Part shown: positions 9,133 through 17,199 of the stretch, piece after piece
Layout: each line of letters starts with the position of its first letter
How positions within the stretch are numbered: the first letter of the stretch is position 1
IMG/VR virus record: IMGVR_UViG_3300040856_003015
Span: 1 to 64,000 of that record
Direction: 5' to 3' (one strand)
Origin: a virus
DNA length: 64,000 nucleotides
The notes under the pieces: model-generated
Told to the model about the DNA's origin: nothing
The model's input: only the letters and a program-made list of their open reading frames with translations
The model's database searches: none
Position numbers and translations under genes: made by a program

Positions 9133-10509
9133 TCAAAATTTAAATCCCTCAAATGTTTTTTTATGTTTTGATTCCATACGATCATACTCCACATCTTCTG
9201 TTGTGTCAACTGAAGAACTATTTTCAGATTGATCGCAATCGTATAATCTCATCTTTGACCTATCGATTCCCAAGATAAATCTTTTGTACACGGTTAGGTC
9301 ATTATACCTATTTTTTAATTGTTTAACTAAAATTTGACCACGCTCATCTAATTCTTCCGTACTGATCAAAGCAAACATTAAGTCTGCAGTTGCAGGCAAT
9401 CCAAAACTTTCAGATGTATCTGTTAATTCAACATCGGAAGAACCATACCCAGATCTTGTTGTTTGTGTTGCCGACACAATTGGAACATTTGTTTCTACGG
9501 CAAGTCCACGCAACTCTTCAGCAATCGCTTTGACAAACGTATATGAATTTATATTACTACCTTTATACCTACTTGATGCGCAAATATTTAAGTAATCAAT
9601 AAAAATCATATCTGGTTTAAATCTCTTCTTTAAAAAAAGTTCATTAAGTAAAGATTTAAAGTGTTCTGCATGTGCTGAAGCAGTTGGATACTCTTTGATT
9701 ATTAATGATCCTTGTGTTTTCTTGGTCAATGTATTTACTTTACTTTCAAAAATAGATTTTGGCAAATTTGTTATATCCTGTATAGGAACATCTAAAAGAT
9801 TGGCATCAATTCTTTCGGCAATCCGTTCTTCTGCCATTTCTAAAGTTATATAAAGAACATTTTTACCTTGAAGCAAAACTGAACTTGCTAGATGGCACAT
9901 GAAGAGAGATTTACCGACACCAGTTCCTGCAAGAGCAACATTTAGTGTTTTATTTGGGAGTCCTCCCTTAGTTATTTTATTGAAGTATTCTAAATCAAAT
10001 GGTATTTTATCTTCCTTTTTGTGATAACTTTCATATCTAGACTCAGAATCAAGGAAATAATCATGACCAATATGATCATCAAAACTTACGGATAATGCTT
10101 CCTGAAGAATAGAGGGAATGGCATCTCTTCCCTTATCTTCAGAATTTCCATCTGCAATATGAATTGCTTCCATAAGAGCTAAATATATTGCTCTTTCTTT
10201 GCACCATTTTTCTGTAGTTCCGACTAACCATTCGATTTCTGAACTAACATATTCCAAACATTCAATAATATGAACAGATTGTTTATATGTCTCTTCAGAA
10301 ATATCAGTACGCTTTTCAAGTTCAATAATAATTACATCTTTATTGATTACACTTTTATATTTTTGTGTAAATCTGTATATTTCCTGGAATATTATTCTTT
10401 TAGATAAATCTTCAAAATATTCATTTTTTATAAATGGGATTACCCTTTTAACATATTCCTCATTAAAAATTAAATTTGAAAGAATTAAAAATTCTACTTT
10501 ATCCATCAT
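9133..10509 (-). CDS. gp41: Replicative DnaB-like helicase, intein-free
   Basis: AGTGVGKS Walker A, YITLEMAEE, IDYLNI, SATQTTRSG, QLKNRY. Confidence 0.96.
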   Translation of the reverse strand: MMDKVEFLILSNLIFNEEYVKRVIPFIKNEYFEDLSKRIIFQEIYRFTQKYKSVINKDVIIIELEKRTDISEETYKQSVHIIECLEYVSSEIEWLVGTTEKWCKERAIYLALMEAIHIADGNSEDKGRDAIPSILQEALSVSFDDHIGHDYFLDSESRYESYHKKEDKIPFDLEYFNKITKGGLPNKTLNVALAGTGVGKSLFMCHLASSVLLQGKNVLYITLEMAEERIAERIDANLLDVPIQDITNLPKSIFESKVNTLTKKTQGSLIIKEYPTASAHAEHFKSLLNELFLKKRFKPDMIFIDYLNICASSRYKGSNINSYTFVKAIAEELRGLAVETNVPIVSATQTTRSGYGSSDVELTDTSESFGLPATADLMFALISTEELDERGQILVKQLKNRYNDLTVYKRFILGIDRSKMRLYDCDQSENSSSVDTTEDVEYDRMESKHKKTFEGFKF

Positions 10510-11066
10510 TTATAGTGCAAATATGTACTTAATATATACTTGGGATTACTTCTAGGAGAATTTCCTCGATGGGGAAACAACCATAGAGGGGGAAAGACTA
10601 ATAATTTTCCACTTTCTGGTTTTATTACTAAGTCCAAAAATTCAGTTTCCCCACCTTCATTAACATCATTTAAATACCACATAAAAGACAGAAACCTTAT
10701 CGAGGATGAAGAATCTGTAACATCAACGTGAGTATCAAAGACATCGTTTCCGTTATTCTGATATTTTTTTATTCTAAATTGCTCAAATGCATTTTTTTCT
10801 GGGAAACATCTTTTATCAATAAACTTATAATACTTTTCTTTATAATCTAAAGTTTTTCTAATAAGAGTATTATGAATTTTTTCAACATCCTCTGATAACT
10901 TTGAATTTTGAGTTAAATTTAGTTGAGTAAAATTTGGTTTTCTATCATTATCAATGCGTTCATGAAGTTCTTCATTTTCATCAAAAAAATTTATTAAAAA
11001 TTTACAAACATCAGAACTCAAATTATTCTTTTCTATGTGTATAAAATCATTTAATTCAACTACCAT
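10506..11066 (-). CDS. 2OG-Fe(II) oxygenase
   Basis: FDTHVD, WYLNDVNEGGETEF, FPPLWLFPHRG..P...KYI facial-triad motifs. Confidence 0.88.
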   Translation of the reverse strand: MVVELNDFIHIEKNNLSSDVCKFLINFFDENEELHERIDNDRKPNFTQLNLTQNSKLSEDVEKIHNTLIRKTLDYKEKYYKFIDKRCFPEKNAFEQFRIKKYQNNGNDVFDTHVDVTDSSSSIRFLSFMWYLNDVNEGGETEFLDLVIKPESGKLLVFPPLWLFPHRGNSPRSNPKYILSTYLHYK

Positions 11067-11967
11067 AACTAAACTCTACTCTAGCGATTTCATCAAGTTT
11101 TTGCATCACTTCATCAGTGAAATATACTTCAGGATCTTTTAGGATTTGTTTTGCGTAAATCTTTTTACCATTCATTTCATAACGACCTGCTACATTTTTC
11201 CAAAGTCCGCCAATCTCACCGAGTTCAAGAAGACCATAATATCTATCAAGACCACGCTCATCATAATAAAGACGAATTTCAACTTCTTTATTCTCCTTGC
11301 TCAAGCGCGACTTGTGAGTCTTTGCCTTGATAAGATTGCCGACGACTTCTGTTCCATCCTTCTCTTTCTTTTTGCTGAGATAGATGATTGTACTTGCTGC
11401 ATACTTGAGACCAGAATTGTGAGACACGACACCATTACCAAGAATATAATGATGTTCTCCTTCAACTGTGATGTCATAAACATCCTCAGTCTTTATTTTC
11501 TTGATAGACTTTACAATTCGTTCCATGCCACCTCTTATACATATAGATTTGATAGTATCTGAAGGTAATAACTCAGTAACGGATTTCCATTCATAACCAT
11601 CTCCAGTATCTACTAAAAACTTATGTTCGCCAGAACATCTAATAGTTTCTCCATCTTCCAATTCCAATTCATAAACATCTTTATCGGTGAAATGGAAAGT
11701 GTCAGTAACTGATGAATAACCAAACATAGTTCTCACTTTGTCACCAACTTGAATAGATTCAATAGGAATAGAACCATTTTCTGTTTGTATCTTAGTTCCC
11801 GCAACTAAACAACCCCCACCCATTTCCTTTGTAGGGACATAAGAGTTATGAGAAAGTGTCCCATCTTCAAAAATATAGTGATGAGCATCTTCTATTTCGA
11901 TATCATAAACATTAGTATTCTTTTTTTTAATTTTTTCAATTTTTTTAATTTTGATGCCAATAGTCAT
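11056..11967 (-). CDS. uvsX: UvsX C-terminal precursor: IntC + 11-aa extein + mini-intein + UvsX C-terminal extein
   Basis: IntC ending SHN, [11 protein letters not shown], second intein C...SHN, then [23 protein letters not shown] SD upstream. Confidence 0.93.
   Translation of the reverse strand: [303 protein letters not shown]
11416..11811 (-). mobile_element. Contiguous mini-intein (132 aa), no endonuclease
   Basis: Block A CLVAGTKI, block B RCSGEH, block F VYDITV, block G SHN followed by Ser. Confidence 0.93.
11845..11967 (-). mobile_element. Split intein C-fragment (41 aa)
   Basis: Basic N-terminus [11 protein letters not shown], block F VYDIEI, block G SHN followed by Ser. Confidence 0.92.
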
Positions 11968-11983
11968 TTGAAATTTACTCCGT

Positions 11984-11991
11984 TATAAATA
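11984..11991 (+). promoter_or_regulatory. T4-type late promoter for the antisense HNH gene
   Basis: TATAAATA on + strand 28 nt before ATG 12020. Confidence 0.7.
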
Positions 11992-12019
11992 GTTATAATC
12001 ATACCTATTATGTAATAGA

Positions 12020-12655
12020 ATGAAGCACATACATCATATTATACCACGACATATAGGTGGGTCTGATGACCCAAGCAATTTAATAGAATTAACAATAGAA
12101 GAACACGCAAAAGCACATTTTGATCTCTGGAAGAAGTTTGGTCGCATAGAAGATAAAATTGCTTGGGAGTGTTTATCTGGAAGAAATCTTTCAGAAGAAG
12201 AAAGAATTATACTATCAAAATCTGGATTTGAAAAGTTTTTACTAGATGAAAGTAAAGTCACAAAATGGAAAAATAAAATATCAAATACATTAACTGGAAA
12301 AATTCAATCTGAAGAAACTAAAATAAAAAGATCAAACTCACTAAAATTAGCATATAAAGAAGGTAGAAAAAAAGTTATTGTTAATTCAGATGATGCTAGA
12401 AGAAGATATTATGAAAATAATATATCTCAATTAATGGCAGAAGGTAGAAAAAAATCTCAAGAGTGGAAGAACTCTGTAACTTCAGAAGAATATAAAATTA
12501 AAAAAACTTTATCAGACCCAAGATCTAAAAAAGTATCTGTAGATGGAATAGTTTATAATTCAATTAGAGAAGCATCTAAAAAAACAAATATAAATTATTC
12601 CAAACTAAGAAATGTACTAATTTCCAATATTAATAATAATATCTTCTTCTGTTAA
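12020..12655 (+). CDS. Free-standing HNH homing endonuclease with NUMOD3/NUMOD1-like tails
   Basis: HHIIPRHIGGSDDPSNLIELTIEEHAKAH; GKIQSEETKIKRS; VDGIVYNSIREASK; lies between the split intein halves. Confidence 0.9.
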   Translation: MKHIHHIIPRHIGGSDDPSNLIELTIEEHAKAHFDLWKKFGRIEDKIAWECLSGRNLSEEERIILSKSGFEKFLLDESKVTKWKNKISNTLTGKIQSEETKIKRSNSLKLAYKEGRKKVIVNSDDARRRYYENNISQLMAEGRKKSQEWKNSVTSEEYKIKKTLSDPRSKKVSVDGIVYNSIREASKKTNINYSKLRNVLISNINNNIFFC

Positions 12656-13498
12656 TTCAGAAACTTTTTTCCACTCACCCTCTTGAGTCATTAATTTATG
12701 CTCTCCTGTTAATTTATAAATCGACCCATTTTCAAGTTCAACTTCATAATATTCATCAAACGAATATCTATAAGTATTGATGACTTTTTTGGGTCCGACC
12801 ATAGTATTCACATAATCTCCAACTTCAATTTCTGAAATATCAATATTTCCATTTGGAGTTTTAATCTTGGTTCCTTTAAGAGCACATCCGATAACATCGT
12901 AAGTGTGGTTTGTTACTAAAAGTGGAATGTTTGCTTGTCCCAGTTTCAGAGTAAGCATACGGAATGCTCCTTTGACAAGTTGAGATTTGGTCATGTCCCT
13001 GACTTGCTTATCATCTAAAGCATCACGAATCTCTTTCTCTGTGGAAAGCATACCTAAAGAGTCTAGCACAAACATACAGGGTTTGCGATCCTCTACAGGT
13101 TTTTTTAAGTATATGTCTACTGCCTGTAATGCTTTCTGTCTAAACTGTTCAATCGTAACAACATTGACAACAACCAATCGCTCTAAGTCAATGCCACGAC
13201 TTGCAAGAAGAGATTTGTTAACTGCTGCCTCAGTGTCAAAGTACAAACAGTAACCGTCAGGATTACTATCCAAAAAATTCTTAACCACAGCGAGACTAAA
13301 GAAAGTCTTCCCAGTAGAAGACTCACCAGCAATGGCAGTAATCTTATTCCCAGAAACACCACCAAATATGCTACCTGAGACCAGTGAATTAAAGATGTAA
13401 GAACCCGTGTCCACAAAGGTTTCGGTGTCGTCGATGTCTGATGCGAGTTGGGTGTAGTCATCTCCAATCTCTTTTACAATTTCTTTTAAAAAATCCAT
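12617..13498 (-). CDS. uvsX: UvsX (RecA-like) N-terminal precursor fused to IntN
   Basis: AGESSTGKT Walker A, YFDTE, VLDSLG Walker B, [9 protein letters not shown] then intein Cys; start taken at MDFLKE. Confidence 0.95.
   Translation of the reverse strand: [293 protein letters not shown]
12620..12886 (-). mobile_element. Split intein N-fragment (89 aa)
   Basis: Block A CALKGTKI, block B KLTGEH, acidic [14 protein letters not shown], then stop with no block F/G. Confidence 0.92.
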
Positions 13499-13616
13499 TT
13501 TTTTGTTTCTGGTTAAATTTAAACGACCAAAGTTTAGAGTAGAGATCCTTTTCATTTGTATTTTTAAGGATCTCTATAATTTTATCCAATTCTTTTTCAG
13601 TTATTGGAACTTCCAT
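13458..13616 (-). CDS. Small hypothetical protein
   Basis: MEVPITEKELDKIIEILK...LYSKLWSFKFN fills the gp43-uvsX gap. Confidence 0.55.
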   Translation of the reverse strand: MEVPITEKELDKIIEILKNTNEKDLYSKLWSFKFNQKQKNGFFKRNCKRDWR

Positions 13617-13623
13617 AATACTA

Positions 13624-14970
13624 TCAAATGAAAAATGAATCAAGTGTTGATTTTTTTTCAGATGACCAACCAATAGCATTCAAAATAATTTTTAATGGTT
13701 CCAAGAATCCCTTTTCAAACTGAGTATCGTAATCAATATATTGTTTCAACCCAAGTTCTTTGGGAAACTCTTGAATGAAAGAAATAACATTTTCATATAT
13801 TGGATTTGGTTTTTTTAAATAACAAAATTTAAGTTTTTCACCATTTTTAATTAAAGAATATTTTCCTGTAAGTTTATTAAGTTTAATATAATGATTAAAC
13901 AATAATGCACCTCTGGCATGAATTGGAGTTCCTTTATTATAAATTGAATTGTATGATTGATGTTTTACAACATTAGAAACAGATCTTGGGAAAGAAATTT
14001 CTTCTGGTGGAAGTTTTGAAAATGAACTTCTACAACTATCAATATATTTTATAACATCATCTTCAGACCCGTCCATTAAAATTTTAAATGCTTCCTTAAG
14101 CATTTTTCTACATGAAGATGGAGTTGACGATTTAATTGCTTCAATTCCTTTAATTTTTAATTTGGTTTCTTTGTATCTAACCCCTTCACTATCCCACACA
14201 CTTAGAATATATCTCTTTTTTGCAGTCCAAATCCCACGTTCAGAAATACACTCTCTTTTCATGACCATCTTCTGATCATAAGCATTGACATACTTTGCCA
14301 ACTCCTGATAAGAAGACTCAATATATTTTTCAATTTTTTCTTTACAAATTTTATCTAAAAAATCAACAATCTTTTCTGGACTTTTTTCTTTTCCATCAAA
14401 TATAACATCAACCAAAGGACCCATATTAATATAAAGAGAATCAGTATCTGATGCAATTACATAATCAATGTCATTGGTTTTTAAAATGCTATTTAAATAA
14501 GAGTTCATCTTATTCATAATCCATCTAATTGAGACTTGACCAGAATATGTAATGGCTTCGGCAATATCTAGTTTGTAATACCTAAAGTACTGATTGCCAC
14601 AAGCGCCAAATGCAGAATTGAGTTGGATCTTGCGGGCCATCTGAATGTTATTGCATCTTGCAATCTCCTTCTCCAATGCCTTAGTCGGAGTTTTTTCATA
14701 ATCTTGTTTTGCAATAAGCATCTTCTTCTTGTAGATGGTGCGATCCTTATAAATCTTCTCCATCAGTTCTGGCAGCATACCTTTCACCCTATGATAGAGT
14801 GCTCCATTCGCAGTCATAGTGAGATTTACCTTTTGCAAAGGTTCCAAATCCAACTCTTGTTTGATAAGTTTATCTACATTCACCTTTACGGAAAGTTCTC
14901 TTACCTGTTTAAGTGCCTCAAGTTCTTCTACAATTTCCTCACGGGACATTTTACGAACATCTTTCCACAT
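13624..14970 (-). CDS. gp43: DNA polymerase family B, C-terminal half (fingers/palm/thumb) with extra N-terminal helix
   Basis: KIQLNSAFG motif B, ASDTDS motif C, KKRY, KGIEAIKSSTP; ATG at 14970 follows GGAG SD and HNH stop (TGA-A-ATG). Confidence 0.93.
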   Translation of the reverse strand: MWKDVRKMSREEIVEELEALKQVRELSVKVNVDKLIKQELDLEPLQKVNLTMTANGALYHRVKGMLPELMEKIYKDRTIYKKKMLIAKQDYEKTPTKALEKEIARCNNIQMARKIQLNSAFGACGNQYFRYYKLDIAEAITYSGQVSIRWIMNKMNSYLNSILKTNDIDYVIASDTDSLYINMGPLVDVIFDGKEKSPEKIVDFLDKICKEKIEKYIESSYQELAKYVNAYDQKMVMKRECISERGIWTAKKRYILSVWDSEGVRYKETKLKIKGIEAIKSSTPSSCRKMLKEAFKILMDGSEDDVIKYIDSCRSSFSKLPPEEISFPRSVSNVVKHQSYNSIYNKGTPIHARGALLFNHYIKLNKLTGKYSLIKNGEKLKFCYLKKPNPIYENVISFIQEFPKELGLKQYIDYDTQFEKGFLEPLKIILNAIGWSSEKKSTLDSFFI

Positions 14971-14971
14971 T

Positions 14972-15538
14972 TCAATTCTCCATAATTTTAGTATGCTTTT
15001 TGCGGTTTTCACTCATAGTAATAATCTGCAAGTTGTCTTCGTGATGCTTTCCTCCTTTTGAAATTGGAATTATGTGGTCCACTTCGTGAGGAATACCAGT
15101 TTCTTCTGTTAATCGTTTTGCTTCACAATAAATCTTATTTATTTTTTGTTGATTTGCAGTTTCATCAAAAGCATCTCTTATCCTACATCTTCTGCGAGCA
15201 GCAATAGAGTTTAAAACTGCCCTCTTATGCTCTTTACCCAAATATCTAAATTTAGAAGAACAAGAATGAGAACAAAATTGAAGTTTCCATTTCTCACTTG
15301 TTGCTCTAAATCTGCTTACAATAAATGGAGAACCGCAATTTTGACAGTAAAGAGTTTCCTTTCTCTCTTTATTTTTATTCTCCAAATGTTTAGGTTTTTG
15401 GAGTCCATACTTTCGTATTTTCTGCTTAATAAGAGGGTCGGAGCATCCAAAAAAATCAGCACACTCTTTACGACTTTTGTTTTCAAGAATATAAAGTTGA
15501 TGTAGTTGTTCTTTAGTTATGTTGAATTTTGGTTGCAT
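14972..15538 (-). CDS. HNH homing endonuclease (HTH + Zn finger + HNH) inserted in gp43
   Basis: HTH-like N-terminus, CQNC...FCSHSC, HEVDHIIPISKGGKHHEDNLQIITMSENRKK. Confidence 0.9.
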   Translation of the reverse strand: MQPKFNITKEQLHQLYILENKSRKECADFFGCSDPLIKQKIRKYGLQKPKHLENKNKERKETLYCQNCGSPFIVSRFRATSEKWKLQFCSHSCSSKFRYLGKEHKRAVLNSIAARRRCRIRDAFDETANQQKINKIYCEAKRLTEETGIPHEVDHIIPISKGGKHHEDNLQIITMSENRKKHTKIMEN

Positions 15539-15549
15539 TTGTTTTATTG

Positions 15550-15582
15550 TATCCGCACATTATTATTTATAAGATGTGGATA
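15550..15582 (-). promoter_or_regulatory. Late promoter in hairpin loop upstream of HNH
   Basis: TATCCACAT-ct-TATAAATA-ata-ATGT(GC)GGATA. Confidence 0.65.
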
Positions 15583-15584
15583 TT

Positions 15585-16856
15585 CTACAACATTTTCTCC
15601 AATTCTGCAATACGATTATTAAGTTCGTGCTTTTCAACAAGTGTTTCTGGTGAAACTGAATATTGCATAATAAGATGGGGGTATAGAGAATTAAGGTCAA
15701 AACTAACAACCCATTCATATACTCCAGGAATAGGTTCCTTTACGTATGCTCCACCAAATTTCTCACTTTTACTTGTTGATTTTTTTGGTGGTATAACAAT
15801 ATTTTTTTTCTTAAGATAATTATATATAATCGTATCCCACATTCTGACCTGAGAAAAAATGTCGGCATAGTTAACCTTAGCGTCATAAGCCATAGTGATT
15901 GCCAATTCAATCAACTTCATTTTATCTTCAAGACGGTCAACAAGTTCTACGTCAATAATATTATATTCGACAAATTTTTGCCAACCTTTTTTATAAAAAT
16001 CTTGAAAGGTTTCGAACTCGGAGTGATCTAGTTTTTTCTGACCCAACTCAACATTAGCAATATGATCTAAACGATATGATTCTTGGGCAGTATACGTAAA
16101 TTTTTTGTAAAGATCCAAATAATCTAACTGAGTAATTCCACCAACATCAAAAGTTATTTGTTGATTATTATTTACAAATACTTCCCTCTCAGTAATAAGT
16201 CCCCATGGAGAAAACCGTTTCATTCTTTTTTTTCCAAAAATTTTATCAAGTCGTCCACAAATATATGGGACATCATAAAACTGAATATTCCACCCAGTAA
16301 TTACTTCTGGAGTATTATTTTCCCAATACGCAATAAAAGAATTTAACAGATCATACTCAGAGTTACACAAAATATAATTAACATTTTTTTGTTTATTATT
16401 AAATGGTTTTGTCCCCCATGTAGTTATTTCTTTAGTTGTATAGTCTTGAATAGTTATTAGAAGAATTTCTTCATCACAGTTTTTAGGATCTGGAAACCCA
16501 TTTTCTGAAGCGACTTCAATATCAAGAGTTACTAATTTAATTTTTGAGATATCAAACTTAATTTCATCTTCTGGGTATTTGTCCGAGATATATTGGTAAA
16601 TAAATCTCTCATTACCATATACTTCAAATCCATCAACATCTTCATATTTTTTATAAAACTCCCTACAATCTTTTACTGTACCTGGTTTTATTTCTTCTAC
16701 ATACTTTCCATCAAGAGTTTTATATTTTGTTTTTTTATTTGAATTCACATATAATGTTGGAAAGTATTCTTCCTTAAACATTACATGTTGACCATCATGA
16801 TATCCACGGACAAGAAACTTGTTTCCGACCATTTGGATGTTAGTATAAAACTTCAT
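15585..16856 (-). CDS. gp43: DNA polymerase family B, N-terminal half (exonuclease + motif A) with extra C-terminal helix
   Basis: LDIEV ExoI, GWNIQFYD ExoII, YNIIDV ExoIII, SFDLNSLYPHLIMQY motif A, ends SPETL-VEKHELNNRIAELEKML*. Confidence 0.94.
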   Translation of the reverse strand: MKFYTNIQMVGNKFLVRGYHDGQHVMFKEEYFPTLYVNSNKKTKYKTLDGKYVEEIKPGTVKDCREFYKKYEDVDGFEVYGNERFIYQYISDKYPEDEIKFDISKIKLVTLDIEVASENGFPDPKNCDEEILLITIQDYTTKEITTWGTKPFNNKQKNVNYILCNSEYDLLNSFIAYWENNTPEVITGWNIQFYDVPYICGRLDKIFGKKRMKRFSPWGLITEREVFVNNNQQITFDVGGITQLDYLDLYKKFTYTAQESYRLDHIANVELGQKKLDHSEFETFQDFYKKGWQKFVEYNIIDVELVDRLEDKMKLIELAITMAYDAKVNYADIFSQVRMWDTIIYNYLKKKNIVIPPKKSTSKSEKFGGAYVKEPIPGVYEWVVSFDLNSLYPHLIMQYSVSPETLVEKHELNNRIAELEKML

Positions 16857-17101
16857 TTTGTAAGACTTTCGTACTTTTCAAGAATAGTGCTTTTAGGATC
16901 GCAAATAGTTACAATCTTGTCAGAATGTATCATAAAATTATCCTCAGATGAAAAATATCCCATCCATGATTCTAGTGTAAAATCTTTTTTGATTAAAAAT
17001 GGTTTTATTAACATACAGTCTGGTTCTCCCAACTGAGACTGTATTTCTTTTATTTCGCTTATTAAAATTTCTCCCGTAGATATTTTTAAAATTTTAATCA
17101 T
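16853..17101 (-). CDS. Conserved small hypothetical protein upstream of gp43
   Basis: LISEIKEI...GEPDC.LIKPF; stop overlaps gp43 start. Confidence 0.75.
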   Translation of the reverse strand: MIKILKISTGEILISEIKEIQSQLGEPDCMLIKPFLIKKDFTLESWMGYFSSEDNFMIHSDKIVTICDPKSTILEKYESLTK

Positions 17102-17121
17102 TTAAAATTCCCATCTGTCTA

Positions 17122-17150
17122 AGTTTAGCATAAAAAAAGTGGGGCGTCAA
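17122..17150 (-). promoter_or_regulatory. Sigma70-type promoter overlapping the hsp20 terminator
   Basis: TTGACG-N17-TAAACT with TG extension. Confidence 0.6.
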
Positions 17151-17173
17151 CTGGTTTTTGCCAGTTTGCCCCA
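17132..17173 (-). terminator. Rho-independent terminator after hsp20
   Basis: GGGGC-AAACTGG...CCAGTT-GA-CGCCCC stem then TTTTTTT. Confidence 0.65.
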
Positions 17174-17199
17174 GAAGCGCCGACTATATTCAATTATAT

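Noticed and set aside
9133-10509. Intein in gp41 (also checked nrdA, gp17, gp46)
   Set aside because: Normal lengths and uninterrupted motifs
13499-15012. Longer ORF-track starts for uvsX-N (13555) and gp43-C (15012)
   Set aside because: They overlap upstream genes; homology-like sequence or SD support starts at 13498 and 14970
14970-15640. Group I intron or intein in gp43
   Set aside because: Only 46 nt of non-coding sequence upstream of the HNH and 1 nt downstream; no intein block A or terminal HN; the C-half has its own SD and ATG
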